Shown here in pieces: positions 9,499-17,342 of a stretch of 64,000 nucleotides of DNA (the first letter of the stretch is position 1; each line of letters opens with the position of its first letter). The stretch lies in IMG/VR virus record IMGVR_UViG_3300030329_002891; one strand, 5' to 3'. The position numbers were made by a program, and so were the translations under genes. The DNA is from an uncultured virus (IMG/VR IMGVR_UViG_3300030329_002891) (taxonomy: Duplodnaviria; Heunggongvirae; Uroviricota; Caudoviricetes). The notes below the pieces were generated by a model, which did not search any database, was not told the DNA's origin, and was given only the letters and a program-made list of their open reading frames with translations.

Positions 9499-9801
9499 CT
9501 ATTCTCCATATTTTCTTTCGGCATCTGCTCTTTCTTCAATATAATTTTCTCGCATTCTTTCATTATACTCATCTTCCTCTTCTAAGTTTTCAGTCCAGTT
9601 GCCGCATTCGTTACATATATAGCCAGAACATAACGTGTTTTCCTTGCATTGAGGGCATTTGTCAGAATGACTGTATTTTTCTACATTACAACAGTCAGTA
9701 ATCCAGCTCTCTTCATGGCTTGCTCCACAACAAGGCGTAACCATATTATATCCATATCCATCATCTGTTGGGTTAGATAATTTCCACTGATCATATGTCA
9801 T
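9499..9801 (-). CDS. Cys-rich putative zinc-binding protein
   Basis: PCCG, DCC, CPQC and CNECG motifs. Confidence 0.6.
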   Translation of the reverse strand: MTYDQWKLSNPTDDGYGYNMVTPCCGASHEESWITDCCNVEKYSHSDKCPQCKENTLCSGYICNECGNWTENLEEEDEYNERMRENYIEERADAERKYGE

Positions 9802-9962
9802 TTTATTATTACTTCATTTTTAGTAATCATCCATTGACAATTACTAGCATCATGACCTAAATCATATAAAACTTGTTCTGTTTGACTATCATCCCATTTA
9901 AGATCTAGTTTTGTATAAATATATGTTATTCCTTTTCTAAAATCTAATACTATTAATTTCAT
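9798..9962 (-). CDS. Small hypothetical protein (54 aa, not in ORF track)
   Basis: MKLIVLDFRKGITYIYTK...CQWMITKNEVIIK, with ATGA overlaps at both ends. Confidence 0.55.
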   Translation of the reverse strand: MKLIVLDFRKGITYIYTKLDLKWDDSQTEQVLYDLGHDASNCQWMITKNEVIIK

Positions 9963-10183
9963 GATTGATTGTTTTTAAGCCATTCTAAAGCGTCTAAGAC
10001 AGCTTTATCTGTTTCTTTAGCGTTGTATTTGTCATAGCCCCCAACGTGGCTTAGAAGTCCTAATATAACTTTTTTAGCATTTTTTACTGAACTAAAATGT
10101 ATTTGATTTTGTTGACTTTTATACAAGTCTTCAAAAAATAATTTGTTGATTTCCTTTTTATTCATGATATTACTGGTATGCAT
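9959..10183 (-). CDS. Hypothetical protein
   Basis: ORF in the early operon. Confidence 0.5.
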   Translation of the reverse strand: MHTSNIMNKKEINKLFFEDLYKSQQNQIHFSSVKNAKKVILGLLSHVGGYDKYNAKETDKAVLDALEWLKNNQS

Positions 10184-10422
10184 TGTAATTCTTTTATTGT
10201 TGTATGTATTGCGCCGCCATCATTACCTTCGTCATCCATTGTTGGAAAAATCCAATCTTTGTTGTCTAAAAGTATTGCTATTGGCCTGTTATGCCACATA
10301 TTTTCTTCAGCTTCATCTCTAGGGATGTATTCTACTTTTGTTATTGTTCTACCAACTAAATGTTTAGTAATTAATTCTGTCCAATATTGTTCTACTGGTT
10401 TTCCTTCAATTTTATATTTCAT
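10162..10422 (-). CDS. Conserved phage hypothetical protein
   Basis: LVGRTITKVEY...PTMDDEGNDGGAIHT. Confidence 0.6.
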   Translation of the reverse strand: MKYKIEGKPVEQYWTELITKHLVGRTITKVEYIPRDEAEENMWHNRPIAILLDNKDWIFPTMDDEGNDGGAIHTTIKELQCIPVIS

Positions 10423-10435
10423 AATTTTATTATTT

Positions 10436-10777
10436 TTAATATGATGCCCAGCCTACAAAGTAAAAAGCTTTAATGCCTTTTTTGCCTTTATAGCCTCTTC
10501 TTTCTTTTATTCTTTTTAATACTGCTCCTGTTATTTCTACACAAACACAATCATATTTATTCATGTTATTGATCATTTTATCTTCCCATTTACTAAAAGA
10601 TTTTGTTCCATATCGTGGATTATCATTACGCATTCTAAAGCCATCTGTTGTAGATATTGTACCGTTATAAGGGTCATGACCGTGATCATATAATGCGTTT
10701 TCTACTAAATGGTTATAAGCTTCTGATGCGTTTTTATATTTACCTACTGCTAAATTTTCAAAAGTTGTTGCTCCCAT
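10436..10777 (-). CDS. Conserved phage hypothetical protein
   Basis: MGATTF...HGHDPYNGTIST...FYFVGWAS. Confidence 0.6.
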   Translation of the reverse strand: MGATTFENLAVGKYKNASEAYNHLVENALYDHGHDPYNGTISTTDGFRMRNDNPRYGTKSFSKWEDKMINNMNKYDCVCVEITGAVLKRIKERRGYKGKKGIKAFYFVGWASY

Positions 10778-10816
10778 AATTTTATTATTTTATTTATTAT
10801 TATTATTAAGAATAGT

Positions 10817-10880
10817 AAAAGGGGCAGGATAACAGCAAAATTTAGTTATCATTCCGTGGCCACACGCTACTGCCCCTCTT
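10817..10880 (-). ncRNA. Structured intergenic element or terminator with an internal hairpin
   Basis: AGGGGCAG...CTGCCCCT closing stem, inner GATAAC/GTTATC hairpin, U-tract on the minus strand. Confidence 0.45.
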
Positions 10881-10884
10881 ATTG

Positions 10885-11754
10885 TTAATATGCTTTTAGA
10901 AATTTAAAAGCTTTTTCATTCATTTTACCACAAGATCCTGTTAATATAGATTCTTGTTGTCCATGCTTTCTATTAGGAGCTGATTTTTCATGTGTAGTAT
11001 ATTTTGTTACACCATTAAATACACCCCATTTAGTATGTGATATTCTGTTAGTTTCTATATATATACAAGCACTAAGATCACGCACCATATTTGCTTTTCT
11101 AGTAGATATAGGCAATTTATCCGTAACAGCTAAATAATCAACTAAATCATTAATCAATTGTGCGTTAGCAGTCTCTACGCTAAATCTTTGCAAGTCTGCT
11201 AATCTTTCTTCTTGATCTGTAAAGTTAATTATTTTTGGTAATTCTTTTACTTTATCTTGTATAGATTTTGTATGTCTATAGCCAGAAAAAGCATTACCTG
11301 ATAGCCATGCAAATTGATTTTGACAAAATATAACTTTATTCATAAAGCCAAATTTTAATGATGAACTACCGTCATGTCCGTTAATTGCATACACATATTG
11401 TTCGGTAGGCTCATCACCTATCATAATTTTATGCTCCATAGGCTTTTTCATTTGTATCACAACTTTTCTACCACCATTTAAAGGTATTGCTTTTACAATC
11501 TCTAAATTATTTTCACCTGCAATTTCTTGCATAGTTTCAATAATTGTATGATTTTGTGTAGGCTCATAAGATTCTGATACTGTAGTGAATATTTCACCAG
11601 TATCTTCTCTTACTACACCATAGAATGGAGTTGATTTTTGCATTACACCCATTACGCCAAATGTATTTATTTCTTCTCCAGTGTAAAATAATGGTTTTTT
11701 AACTACATTCCAGTTAAGTCCATTTTGCTCTAAGATTTGTTCTGTATTAAGCAT
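10885..11754 (-). CDS. DUF932-family protein
   Basis: GLNWNVVKKPL...VSESYEPTQN...LNGGRKV...NGHDGSSS...IFCQNQ...RHT...TKWGVFNGVTKYTTH. Confidence 0.8.
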   Translation of the reverse strand: MLNTEQILEQNGLNWNVVKKPLFYTGEEINTFGVMGVMQKSTPFYGVVREDTGEIFTTVSESYEPTQNHTIIETMQEIAGENNLEIVKAIPLNGGRKVVIQMKKPMEHKIMIGDEPTEQYVYAINGHDGSSSLKFGFMNKVIFCQNQFAWLSGNAFSGYRHTKSIQDKVKELPKIINFTDQEERLADLQRFSVETANAQLINDLVDYLAVTDKLPISTRKANMVRDLSACIYIETNRISHTKWGVFNGVTKYTTHEKSAPNRKHGQQESILTGSCGKMNEKAFKFLKAY

Positions 11755-12181
11755 ATTCTTTTTCTCCTATTTTAGTTAATAATTCTTCTGGTGTTCCATG
11801 AAATACCATTTTAGACTCATTATATATTTCATAAACAGTTATAAATATTTGCCTATCTTTTCCTTCTGATATTTCATATATAAATTCTTCCCAACAATCT
11901 TTAGCATCAGGATGCATACAATATATTCCTCCACCTCCTGTTTTAAAATATGCAAACATTTGTGCTGCTAAACAATCCATGCCATTAAATATTGCTTTTT
12001 CTTTATCTATTCTCATTCCGTTTACCAAGGTATATCCTGCTAGCCATTGAGCTAATTCTACACCATGCCCACTCATATATCCATCATATTGACGGTACAT
12101 GGTAGTAATTGGTCGTGTATGTTTTCTACCTGATTCATCTTTCCAGGTTTGTATTACTTTAGTTAGTGATCTTGTTCCCAT
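11747..12181 (-). CDS. Conserved phage hypothetical protein
   Basis: MGTRS...YRQYDGY...HGVELAQWL...NGMDCLAAQ. Confidence 0.65.
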   Translation of the reverse strand: MGTRSLTKVIQTWKDESGRKHTRPITTMYRQYDGYMSGHGVELAQWLAGYTLVNGMRIDKEKAIFNGMDCLAAQMFAYFKTGGGGIYCMHPDAKDCWEEFIYEISEGKDRQIFITVYEIYNESKMVFHGTPEELLTKIGEKEYA

Positions 12182-12183
12182 AA

Positions 12184-12393
12184 TTATTTATTTATTTCTT
12201 TAATTTCCCAGTTTTCATGATCTATATCCATTTGCTCAAGTTCTTTTTCAGCTATTAAATCCCATAAACTCTCATCACCAGACAAGACTTTATCGTTAAT
12301 AGTTGCTTTATGATCTCTTCCATCATCTGGAAATTTTAATGTTACACGCGTAGTGTATTGCCTAATTACTATAAGCTCATATTCTTTATGCAT
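12184..12393 (-). CDS. Hypothetical protein
   Basis: 69-aa ORF in operon. Confidence 0.55.
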   Translation of the reverse strand: MHKEYELIVIRQYTTRVTLKFPDDGRDHKATINDKVLSGDESLWDLIAEKELEQMDIDHENWEIKEINK

Positions 12394-12490
12394 TGTCTTT
12401 TATTAATTTAGTTAATAATTTTACTAGTTTTTCTAAAGCTACAGCTACACGTTTTACATCGTTATGCAGCTCTTTTTCAGATTTGTTCAT
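12386..12490 (-). CDS. Small helical peptide (34 aa, not in ORF track)
   Basis: MNKSEKELHNDVKRVAVALEKLVKLLTKLIKDNA fills the gap and overlaps both neighbours. Confidence 0.45.
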   Translation of the reverse strand: MNKSEKELHNDVKRVAVALEKLVKLLTKLIKDNA

Positions 12491-12734
12491 AATAATAACT
12501 TTTTATTCTTTCTATTATACCTCTGCCATTCGCAGTATGAAACCCATAACTATGCGTATATAAAGAGGGTATTGGTTTATTTTCAATTAACAAATAAAAT
12601 AAATCCCATTCATCAGGATAATCCATATCCTGCTGTGTTTGATTTATAGCTTCTGCTAATGCATGTGGATCGTGCCTTAAAGCTTCTTTTCCATATGTTT
12701 TACATATGTATTTTTCTACTTGTAATGCTGTCAT
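12477..12734 (-). CDS. Hypothetical protein
   Basis: 85-aa ORF, ATGA-coupled. Confidence 0.55.
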   Translation of the reverse strand: MTALQVEKYICKTYGKEALRHDPHALAEAINQTQQDMDYPDEWDLFYLLIENKPIPSLYTHSYGFHTANGRGIIERIKSYYYEQI

Positions 12735-12994
12735 AATTCTAATTTAATTTGATTTTTACTAGGTTGCCATTGATAATAGTAAAGAGTATACGTTTTATCT
12801 CTACCAAACTTATCTGGAAAGGTTTGCTCTCCAAGTAATGGAGTATCTTTATCTATTATCATTTTCTTATCACTATATTTAACAAGTATTTTTTCGTTAG
12901 TAAACTTATAAGGCAAAGCTACAAGACTGTCTCCTTTGTATTTAGGATTAACCTTGTAGCCTGCTATAAGTTTCTTTAAGAGATATGATTTCAT
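12731..12994 (-). CDS. Hypothetical protein ending in QIKLEL
   Basis: 87-aa ORF, ATGA-coupled. Confidence 0.55.
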   Translation of the reverse strand: MKSYLLKKLIAGYKVNPKYKGDSLVALPYKFTNEKILVKYSDKKMIIDKDTPLLGEQTFPDKFGRDKTYTLYYYQWQPSKNQIKLEL

Positions 12995-13248
12995 TTAGTA
13001 TAGCTCTTAGCTTTGTATACTGTTGTATTCTTTTGACTGTCAACGTGTTGTATAGCTTTTAATCCTTGCCATATTTCTGTTTCTTTTTTAACAACATTAT
13101 AGCACTCTTCAATTAATTTTTCTCTTTGTATTTCTACTGGTTTAGTAGGATCTACTGTTATACTTTGACCATAATTAATCTTAATTGCTTCAAAGTTACC
13201 TATGTTAATAGTTTTACTAACATTAAATGATATTGTATTTGTTTCCAT
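12991..13248 (-). CDS. Conserved phage hypothetical protein
   Basis: SKTINIGNFEAIKI motif. Confidence 0.6.
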   Translation of the reverse strand: METNTISFNVSKTINIGNFEAIKINYGQSITVDPTKPVEIQREKLIEECYNVVKKETEIWQGLKAIQHVDSQKNTTVYKAKSYTK

Positions 13249-13250
13249 AA

Positions 13251-13499
13251 TTATTTATTTATAAATCGTTTAGTTCTATCGTATGCTTCTTGTGTTTTAG
13301 TTTTAATAAATTTAACATCAAGATAATGATTACATTTACCTAAAAACTCAGTGTTTAATTCACTTAATATTTTCTTAGTATTATTTATAGATTCTGGAAG
13401 TTTTTTCTTAAGTTTTGTATTTTGTATGTTATCGCTTACATATTCTTTCCATTCACTATATGATTTTGTAAGGCTTTTGCCTATTTTATTTACTTTCAT
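13251..13499 (-). CDS. Hypothetical protein
   Basis: 82-aa ORF in operon. Confidence 0.5.
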   Translation of the reverse strand: MKVNKIGKSLTKSYSEWKEYVSDNIQNTKLKKKLPESINNTKKILSELNTEFLGKCNHYLDVKFIKTKTQEAYDRTKRFINK

Positions 13500-14118
13500 T
13501 TATTTTAATTTTAGCAGGCCTAATTTGATTTGCATTCATACTTATTGTTTCTGTTTCTTCTTCACATATTAGACATTTTGCTTCTCCATGAAAACCTTCT
13601 TCATCAAATGATACTTCTGCTTCACAGCATTCTGATGCTTGATCTAAGTCCCAATGTAAATCGTCCCATATTACTTCATATTGTGCTGACAGTCTACCGC
13701 CAAAGCACATGCCTGGTTCCTCGTACTCTAATGTAAAGCATAAGTCAGGAAAGTCTTTCATAATATTATCTATCCAAGCTATAGGAGGACTCCAGGCTGT
13801 TTCAAATGATACTGCAAAATAATCTATATCATTATGATCTACATGGGCTTCACAAGCGTCCCATTTAGTTCCCCATTCTTCACAACGCCAATCATACCAA
13901 TCAGTATATCCATATTTGGCTTTGTTAAGTATAGCTTGTTCCTTTTCGTCTTGTGTTTGTGTGCCTTTAGTTATATTTAAATCTTCAGGCATAGGATATG
14001 TTCCATTAAATGTAAATTCATCATTTTTTTCAATATTTATTGTTGATTTTTCTACGAATTCTCGTAGTTGTATTTCGTCACCTGTTACTTCTAGGTGGTT
14101 CCAGCACCAATTTGGCAT
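13486..14118 (-). CDS. DUF1281 / YubB ferredoxin-like domain protein
   Basis: MPNWCWNHL...WYDWRCEEWGTKWDA...FETAWSPP...YEEPGMCFGG. Confidence 0.8.
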   Translation of the reverse strand: MPNWCWNHLEVTGDEIQLREFVEKSTINIEKNDEFTFNGTYPMPEDLNITKGTQTQDEKEQAILNKAKYGYTDWYDWRCEEWGTKWDACEAHVDHNDIDYFAVSFETAWSPPIAWIDNIMKDFPDLCFTLEYEEPGMCFGGRLSAQYEVIWDDLHWDLDQASECCEAEVSFDEEGFHGEAKCLICEEETETISMNANQIRPAKIKINESK

Positions 14119-14140
14119 AATTATTTGTTTTTAGGTTAAT

Positions 14141-14409
14141 AAAAAAGGAAGAAAGAGCTCTAGTTTACCGTACCGAGTTTCGGTGAGCCGAGTTTCGGTT
14201 ATTCGTTAAGATACTCTTTCAACCTATTTATAAAAGAAAGAGGAAGGCTAGTCCGTTTGTTAATTGTAAATTAATCTTTTATGTTAATATTCAATTTATT
14301 GTTGTTTGTCAATATTCTAGCCAACCTCTTTCTTATGAAAAAGGAAGGAGCCCAATCAGTGCGTTGCTTTATCTGACCTTAGTTAACACGCGTGGACTCC
14401 AACCTATTT
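14141..14409 (-). ncRNA. Tandem array of three structured RNA-like units with a conserved 2x2 internal loop
   Basis: Plus-strand arms AGG-AA-GAAAGAG / CTCTTTC-AA-CCT (14146-14225), AGG-AA-GGCTAG / CTAGCC-AA-CCT (14241-14327) and AGG-AA-GGAG / CTCC-AA-CCT (14342-14405). Confidence 0.55.
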
Positions 14410-14498
14410 GTATAGTAATCATCTACCAATGTATATTCACCTATGGCCTTTTTCAGCGAAGGGAATATACAAAATGTGGTTTGTGATTTACACCTATA

Positions 14499-14888
14499 CT
14501 ATATTTGTGATGCTAATAATTTAATCTGTTCAGGACTAAATGTATTAGATTCAGCTTTTCTTTTTCTTCTTTCTGCTCTATGTCTAGTGAAAGCATTTAT
14601 TATTTTAAAATATCTATTGATATGTGCTTTTCTATTTTTAGGATACAACTCATTAAGATTTTTAGTCATTTTCATTAATTCATTATATGTTGGGAACTTT
14701 TGTTCTGTTCCGTCAAGATATTTAATAACTAAGTCTATTTTATTGACTTTTTTAATAATTAGATGTGCATTGCTTTTTTCATACGATGCGTGTGCTATTT
14801 GGTATCTTGTAACGCCTTTTACTCCTTGTTTTAGGCATTTTTGTAAGTCTTTTAAATATTCTGATGATATTTTATAGTTTTCTTCCAT
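14499..14888 (-). CDS. Basic hypothetical early protein
   Basis: 129-aa ORF preceded by the TTTACTATTA motif. Confidence 0.6.
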   Translation of the reverse strand: MEENYKISSEYLKDLQKCLKQGVKGVTRYQIAHASYEKSNAHLIIKKVNKIDLVIKYLDGTEQKFPTYNELMKMTKNLNELYPKNRKAHINRYFKIINAFTRHRAERRKRKAESNTFSPEQIKLLASQI

Positions 14889-14924
14889 GGCAAAAAGTAT
14901 TTGGTTAATATTATTATTAATAGT

Positions 14925-15009
14925 AAAAGGAAGCGAAAGAGGAATTGTAATCGTTCACAAAGTATAACCGCTCAGTTATTAATTAAATTACTAACCCCCT
15001 TCACTTCCT
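14925..15009 (-). ncRNA. Long-stem structured element or terminator
   Basis: Minus strand AGGAAGTGAAGGGGG...CCTCTTTCGCTTCCT pairs fully only with G-U wobbles; followed by TTT and the TTTACTATTA motif. Confidence 0.5.
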
Positions 15010-15015
15010 ATTATT

Positions 15016-15279
15016 TTATTTATATTTTCTAGTTATTTCTTCTTCTATTTCTTCAGCTGTAGGTGTTGGCGTAAGTGCAGTAAATATTGAAAATATTACA
15101 CCTGCAACAACAGCAGTAGCTAGACCGCTAAATGTACCAATAAATAGTAGTGGCAGTAACAACGTGAAGAGAATATCCCAGAAAGTTTGTGTTTTAACCA
15201 GTCTACGCCTACCAATGGCCTTATATACTATGATATAATAGCCAATGGCAGCGAAGAATGCTATCCCTAGGATATTCAT
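15016..15279 (-). CDS. Small multi-pass membrane protein
   Basis: Two to three hydrophobic segments; tail PTAEEIEEEITRKYK. Confidence 0.65.
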   Translation of the reverse strand: MNILGIAFFAAIGYYIIVYKAIGRRRLVKTQTFWDILFTLLLPLLFIGTFSGLATAVVAGVIFSIFTALTPTPTAEEIEEEITRKYK

Positions 15280-15590
15280 TAGAACGGCATCTCTTTGGAT
15301 GCTTTATCTATAGCTTCTTTTGCATCTTTTTGAGGATTATACTCATTAAGTAGCATAGAATGAGAGAATTTTGCTTCAGCATTTGTATTTCTTCTTACTT
15401 CTAGGTTAACATAACCTTTCTCGTTTACGTGTTCTTGCATAAATTCACAGAATGCTTTAGCTTGAACAGCTACATTTAACAAGCTGTTACCGTCTTTAAA
15501 CGTAACTTCTCTGATAAATACACCGTTAGCAAATGTTTTTTGTGATTTTGTAGCTTTTGTTGTAGTTTTTGTTTTAGCTTTTGTAGCCAT
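15279..15590 (-). CDS. Hypothetical protein with an SSB-like C-terminal tip
   Basis: Beta-rich core, ends KEMPF. Confidence 0.6.
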   Translation of the reverse strand: MATKAKTKTTTKATKSQKTFANGVFIREVTFKDGNSLLNVAVQAKAFCEFMQEHVNEKGYVNLEVRRNTNAEAKFSHSMLLNEYNPQKDAKEAIDKASKEMPF

Positions 15591-15637
15591 AATTAAATAA
15601 TTTAAGTTAATACTAGTTTATTGTTATTATTAATAGT

Positions 15638-15670
15638 AAAAAAAGGAAGGAGCTGTGCTCTGCTCCCTCC
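15638..15670 (-). terminator. Rho-independent terminator
   Basis: Minus strand GGAGGGAGC-AGAGCACA-GCTCCTTCC-TTTTTTT. Confidence 0.65.
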
Positions 15671-15738
15671 ATGGTTATGAGTTTAGGTATCAAGTTTACG
15701 ACAAGTATTATTAATATAGCACAACCTACTCACAAGTA

Positions 15739-16275
15739 TTAAATACTTTTAAATGCATTTTTTCTGTTTTTATATTCAGAATCAACCTGAACCTCTAACT
15801 CCTTGTAATACTGCTCTATAACGCTTTGACACTCGTTTTTACAATATTCAAGAGTCTTGTATGTACGAGGTTTGCCCATCCAAGTTGTATCATCGTCTTG
15901 TGAAAGCGCGTAATCGCTTGAATGAGCGCAATCAAAACCTATCCAATCTAAATTTATATTAGGATTGGTGTTAAAACCTGTTGGATTTCCATGATATGTA
16001 ACGCCACCATGAACCGTAACCATATCAAGACGATATTGGTTATAATAAGGTGAATGTAATTTTTCAATAATTTCATGTCCATGCTCATCATATTGTCCTA
16101 TTGGCAAATCTATAGAACAAGGCAGTCCTATGTAGCCACAATAATGCCCATATCTTTTATGTCTTTGTATTACATACCAAACATTTTTATATTGATTGAC
16201 ATACCAATCAGGTTCTTTAGACACTTTGTCTTTAATATCTTGCTGTTCTGTTGAACTTATTTCAAGTAAAGCCAT
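15739..16275 (-). CDS. Conserved phage hypothetical protein
   Basis: GHYCGYIGLP...VHGGVTYHG...WIGFDCAH motif. Confidence 0.7.
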   Translation of the reverse strand: MALLEISSTEQQDIKDKVSKEPDWYVNQYKNVWYVIQRHKRYGHYCGYIGLPCSIDLPIGQYDEHGHEIIEKLHSPYYNQYRLDMVTVHGGVTYHGNPTGFNTNPNINLDWIGFDCAHSSDYALSQDDDTTWMGKPRTYKTLEYCKNECQSVIEQYYKELEVQVDSEYKNRKNAFKSI

Positions 16276-16298
16276 AATTATATATTTTAAGGGTTAAT

Positions 16299-16325
16299 AA
16301 AAAGAGTGACTAAATTGCCACTCTT
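16299..16325 (-). terminator. Rho-independent terminator overlapping a stop codon
   Basis: Minus strand AAGAGTGGC-AATTTA-GTCACTCTT-TTT. Confidence 0.55.
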
Positions 16326-16711
16326 ATGTTATCTACATCAAAGCAAGTAGCCCAAAATCTATTGTGTTCTAAATTTAGGCTATGTATCATATCATCATGC
16401 TCTTTTTGAGTTATTAGCTCTTCATCAAGCGCACATCCATATTGTGTTGCTAAATCACGTCTATACATGCTATCTAATTCTGCTTTGATATTGTTTTCAT
16501 GACATTCTAAATGCCATTCATCAAGCATATCTTTAAGTGCTTGGTCTTTAGCTTGTTGTATTATATCATTAAGAGGTGTAACCTCATGTGTATAATAGTC
16601 AACGTTTTGTATGTCGTGTGCAGTGCCACAAACAACGCAATCTGCTAATTTACTTGTTAGTTCTGTTGCTCTTGTAGAACCACAAGAACAATTAATAGGA
16701 TAAAGTTTCAT
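16310..16711 (-). CDS. Hypothetical protein with an N-terminal zinc-finger-like motif
   Basis: CSCG...CVVCG. Confidence 0.6.
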   Translation of the reverse strand: MKLYPINCSCGSTRATELTSKLADCVVCGTAHDIQNVDYYTHEVTPLNDIIQQAKDQALKDMLDEWHLECHENNIKAELDSMYRRDLATQYGCALDEELITQKEHDDMIHSLNLEHNRFWATCFDVDNIRVAI

Positions 16712-16780
16712 AATAAATATTTTAAAAGATTAATAACTAGTATTAATAGTAAATACGAGCGAGCGATCAGCGAGCGAGTT

Positions 16781-16805
16781 AAAAAAGAGAGACTTAACTC
16801 CCTTT
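16781..16805 (-). terminator. Rho-independent terminator
   Basis: Minus strand AAAGGGAG-TTAAGT-CTCTCTTT-TTT. Confidence 0.5.
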
Positions 16806-16994
16806 AATATGATTTTCATTGATATACTCAGATGCCTGTAAACAGCCGTTAATTGTTTCTAAGTCTTTATTAAATTTTTTATCACTCCAATGCGAGTGTT
16901 CTTTTAATTGTGTTGTAACTGATAAATATTTTATTAGGCGGCATAATGCTTTGTATTCTTCATCACTGAATACAGGTTTGGATAGTTTATCCAT
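16794..16994 (-). CDS. Hypothetical early protein
   Basis: 66-aa ORF preceded by TTTACAATTA. Confidence 0.6.
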   Translation of the reverse strand: MDKLSKPVFSDEEYKALCRLIKYLSVTTQLKEHSHWSDKKFNKDLETINGCLQASEYINENHIKGS

Positions 16995-17174
16995 AATTTT
17001 ATATGTTTTGATTTATACTTATTGTTAATTGTAAAAAAAAGAGAGGCATTGATGCACATCGCCTTTAGCATAAAGCATATTCGGCTTCGCATTGTCATTC
17101 TCTTTTATATTTTATAAAGAAAGAGCCACTAAGGTTGCCAAGCCTATATAAGCGCTTTAAGTGGTAATCTTTCT

Positions 17175-17342
17175 TTATGATTTCTTGTAATCTGTACCAT
17201 CTATGTACTTAATGTTATCCCAGTCAATATCATCTATTGCGTCTTCCCATATTCTTTTACGGGAAGCAGGATGTATTAATAAGATTGGCACTGTAATTGG
17301 TAGCAATAGTATTACTACAATGTTAAATAATATCTTTTTCAT
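17175..17342 (-). CDS. Small membrane protein (55 aa, not in ORF track)
   Basis: MKKILFNIVVILLLPITVPILLIHPASRKRIWEDAIDDIDWDNIKYIDGTDYKKS; TTTACAATTA motif upstream. Confidence 0.6.
   Translation of the reverse strand: MKKILFNIVVILLLPITVPILLIHPASRKRIWEDAIDDIDWDNIKYIDGTDYKKS

Noticed and set aside
14141..14409. CRISPR array
   Set aside because: No identical 23-47-nt direct repeats and no cas genes; the conservation is structural with only short sequence motifs.
3508..17028. Plus-strand ORFs within the minus-strand arm (for example 3508, 6633, 7793, 10178, 13351, 13916, 14443, 16819)
   Set aside because: They are antisense shadows of tightly coupled minus-strand genes.
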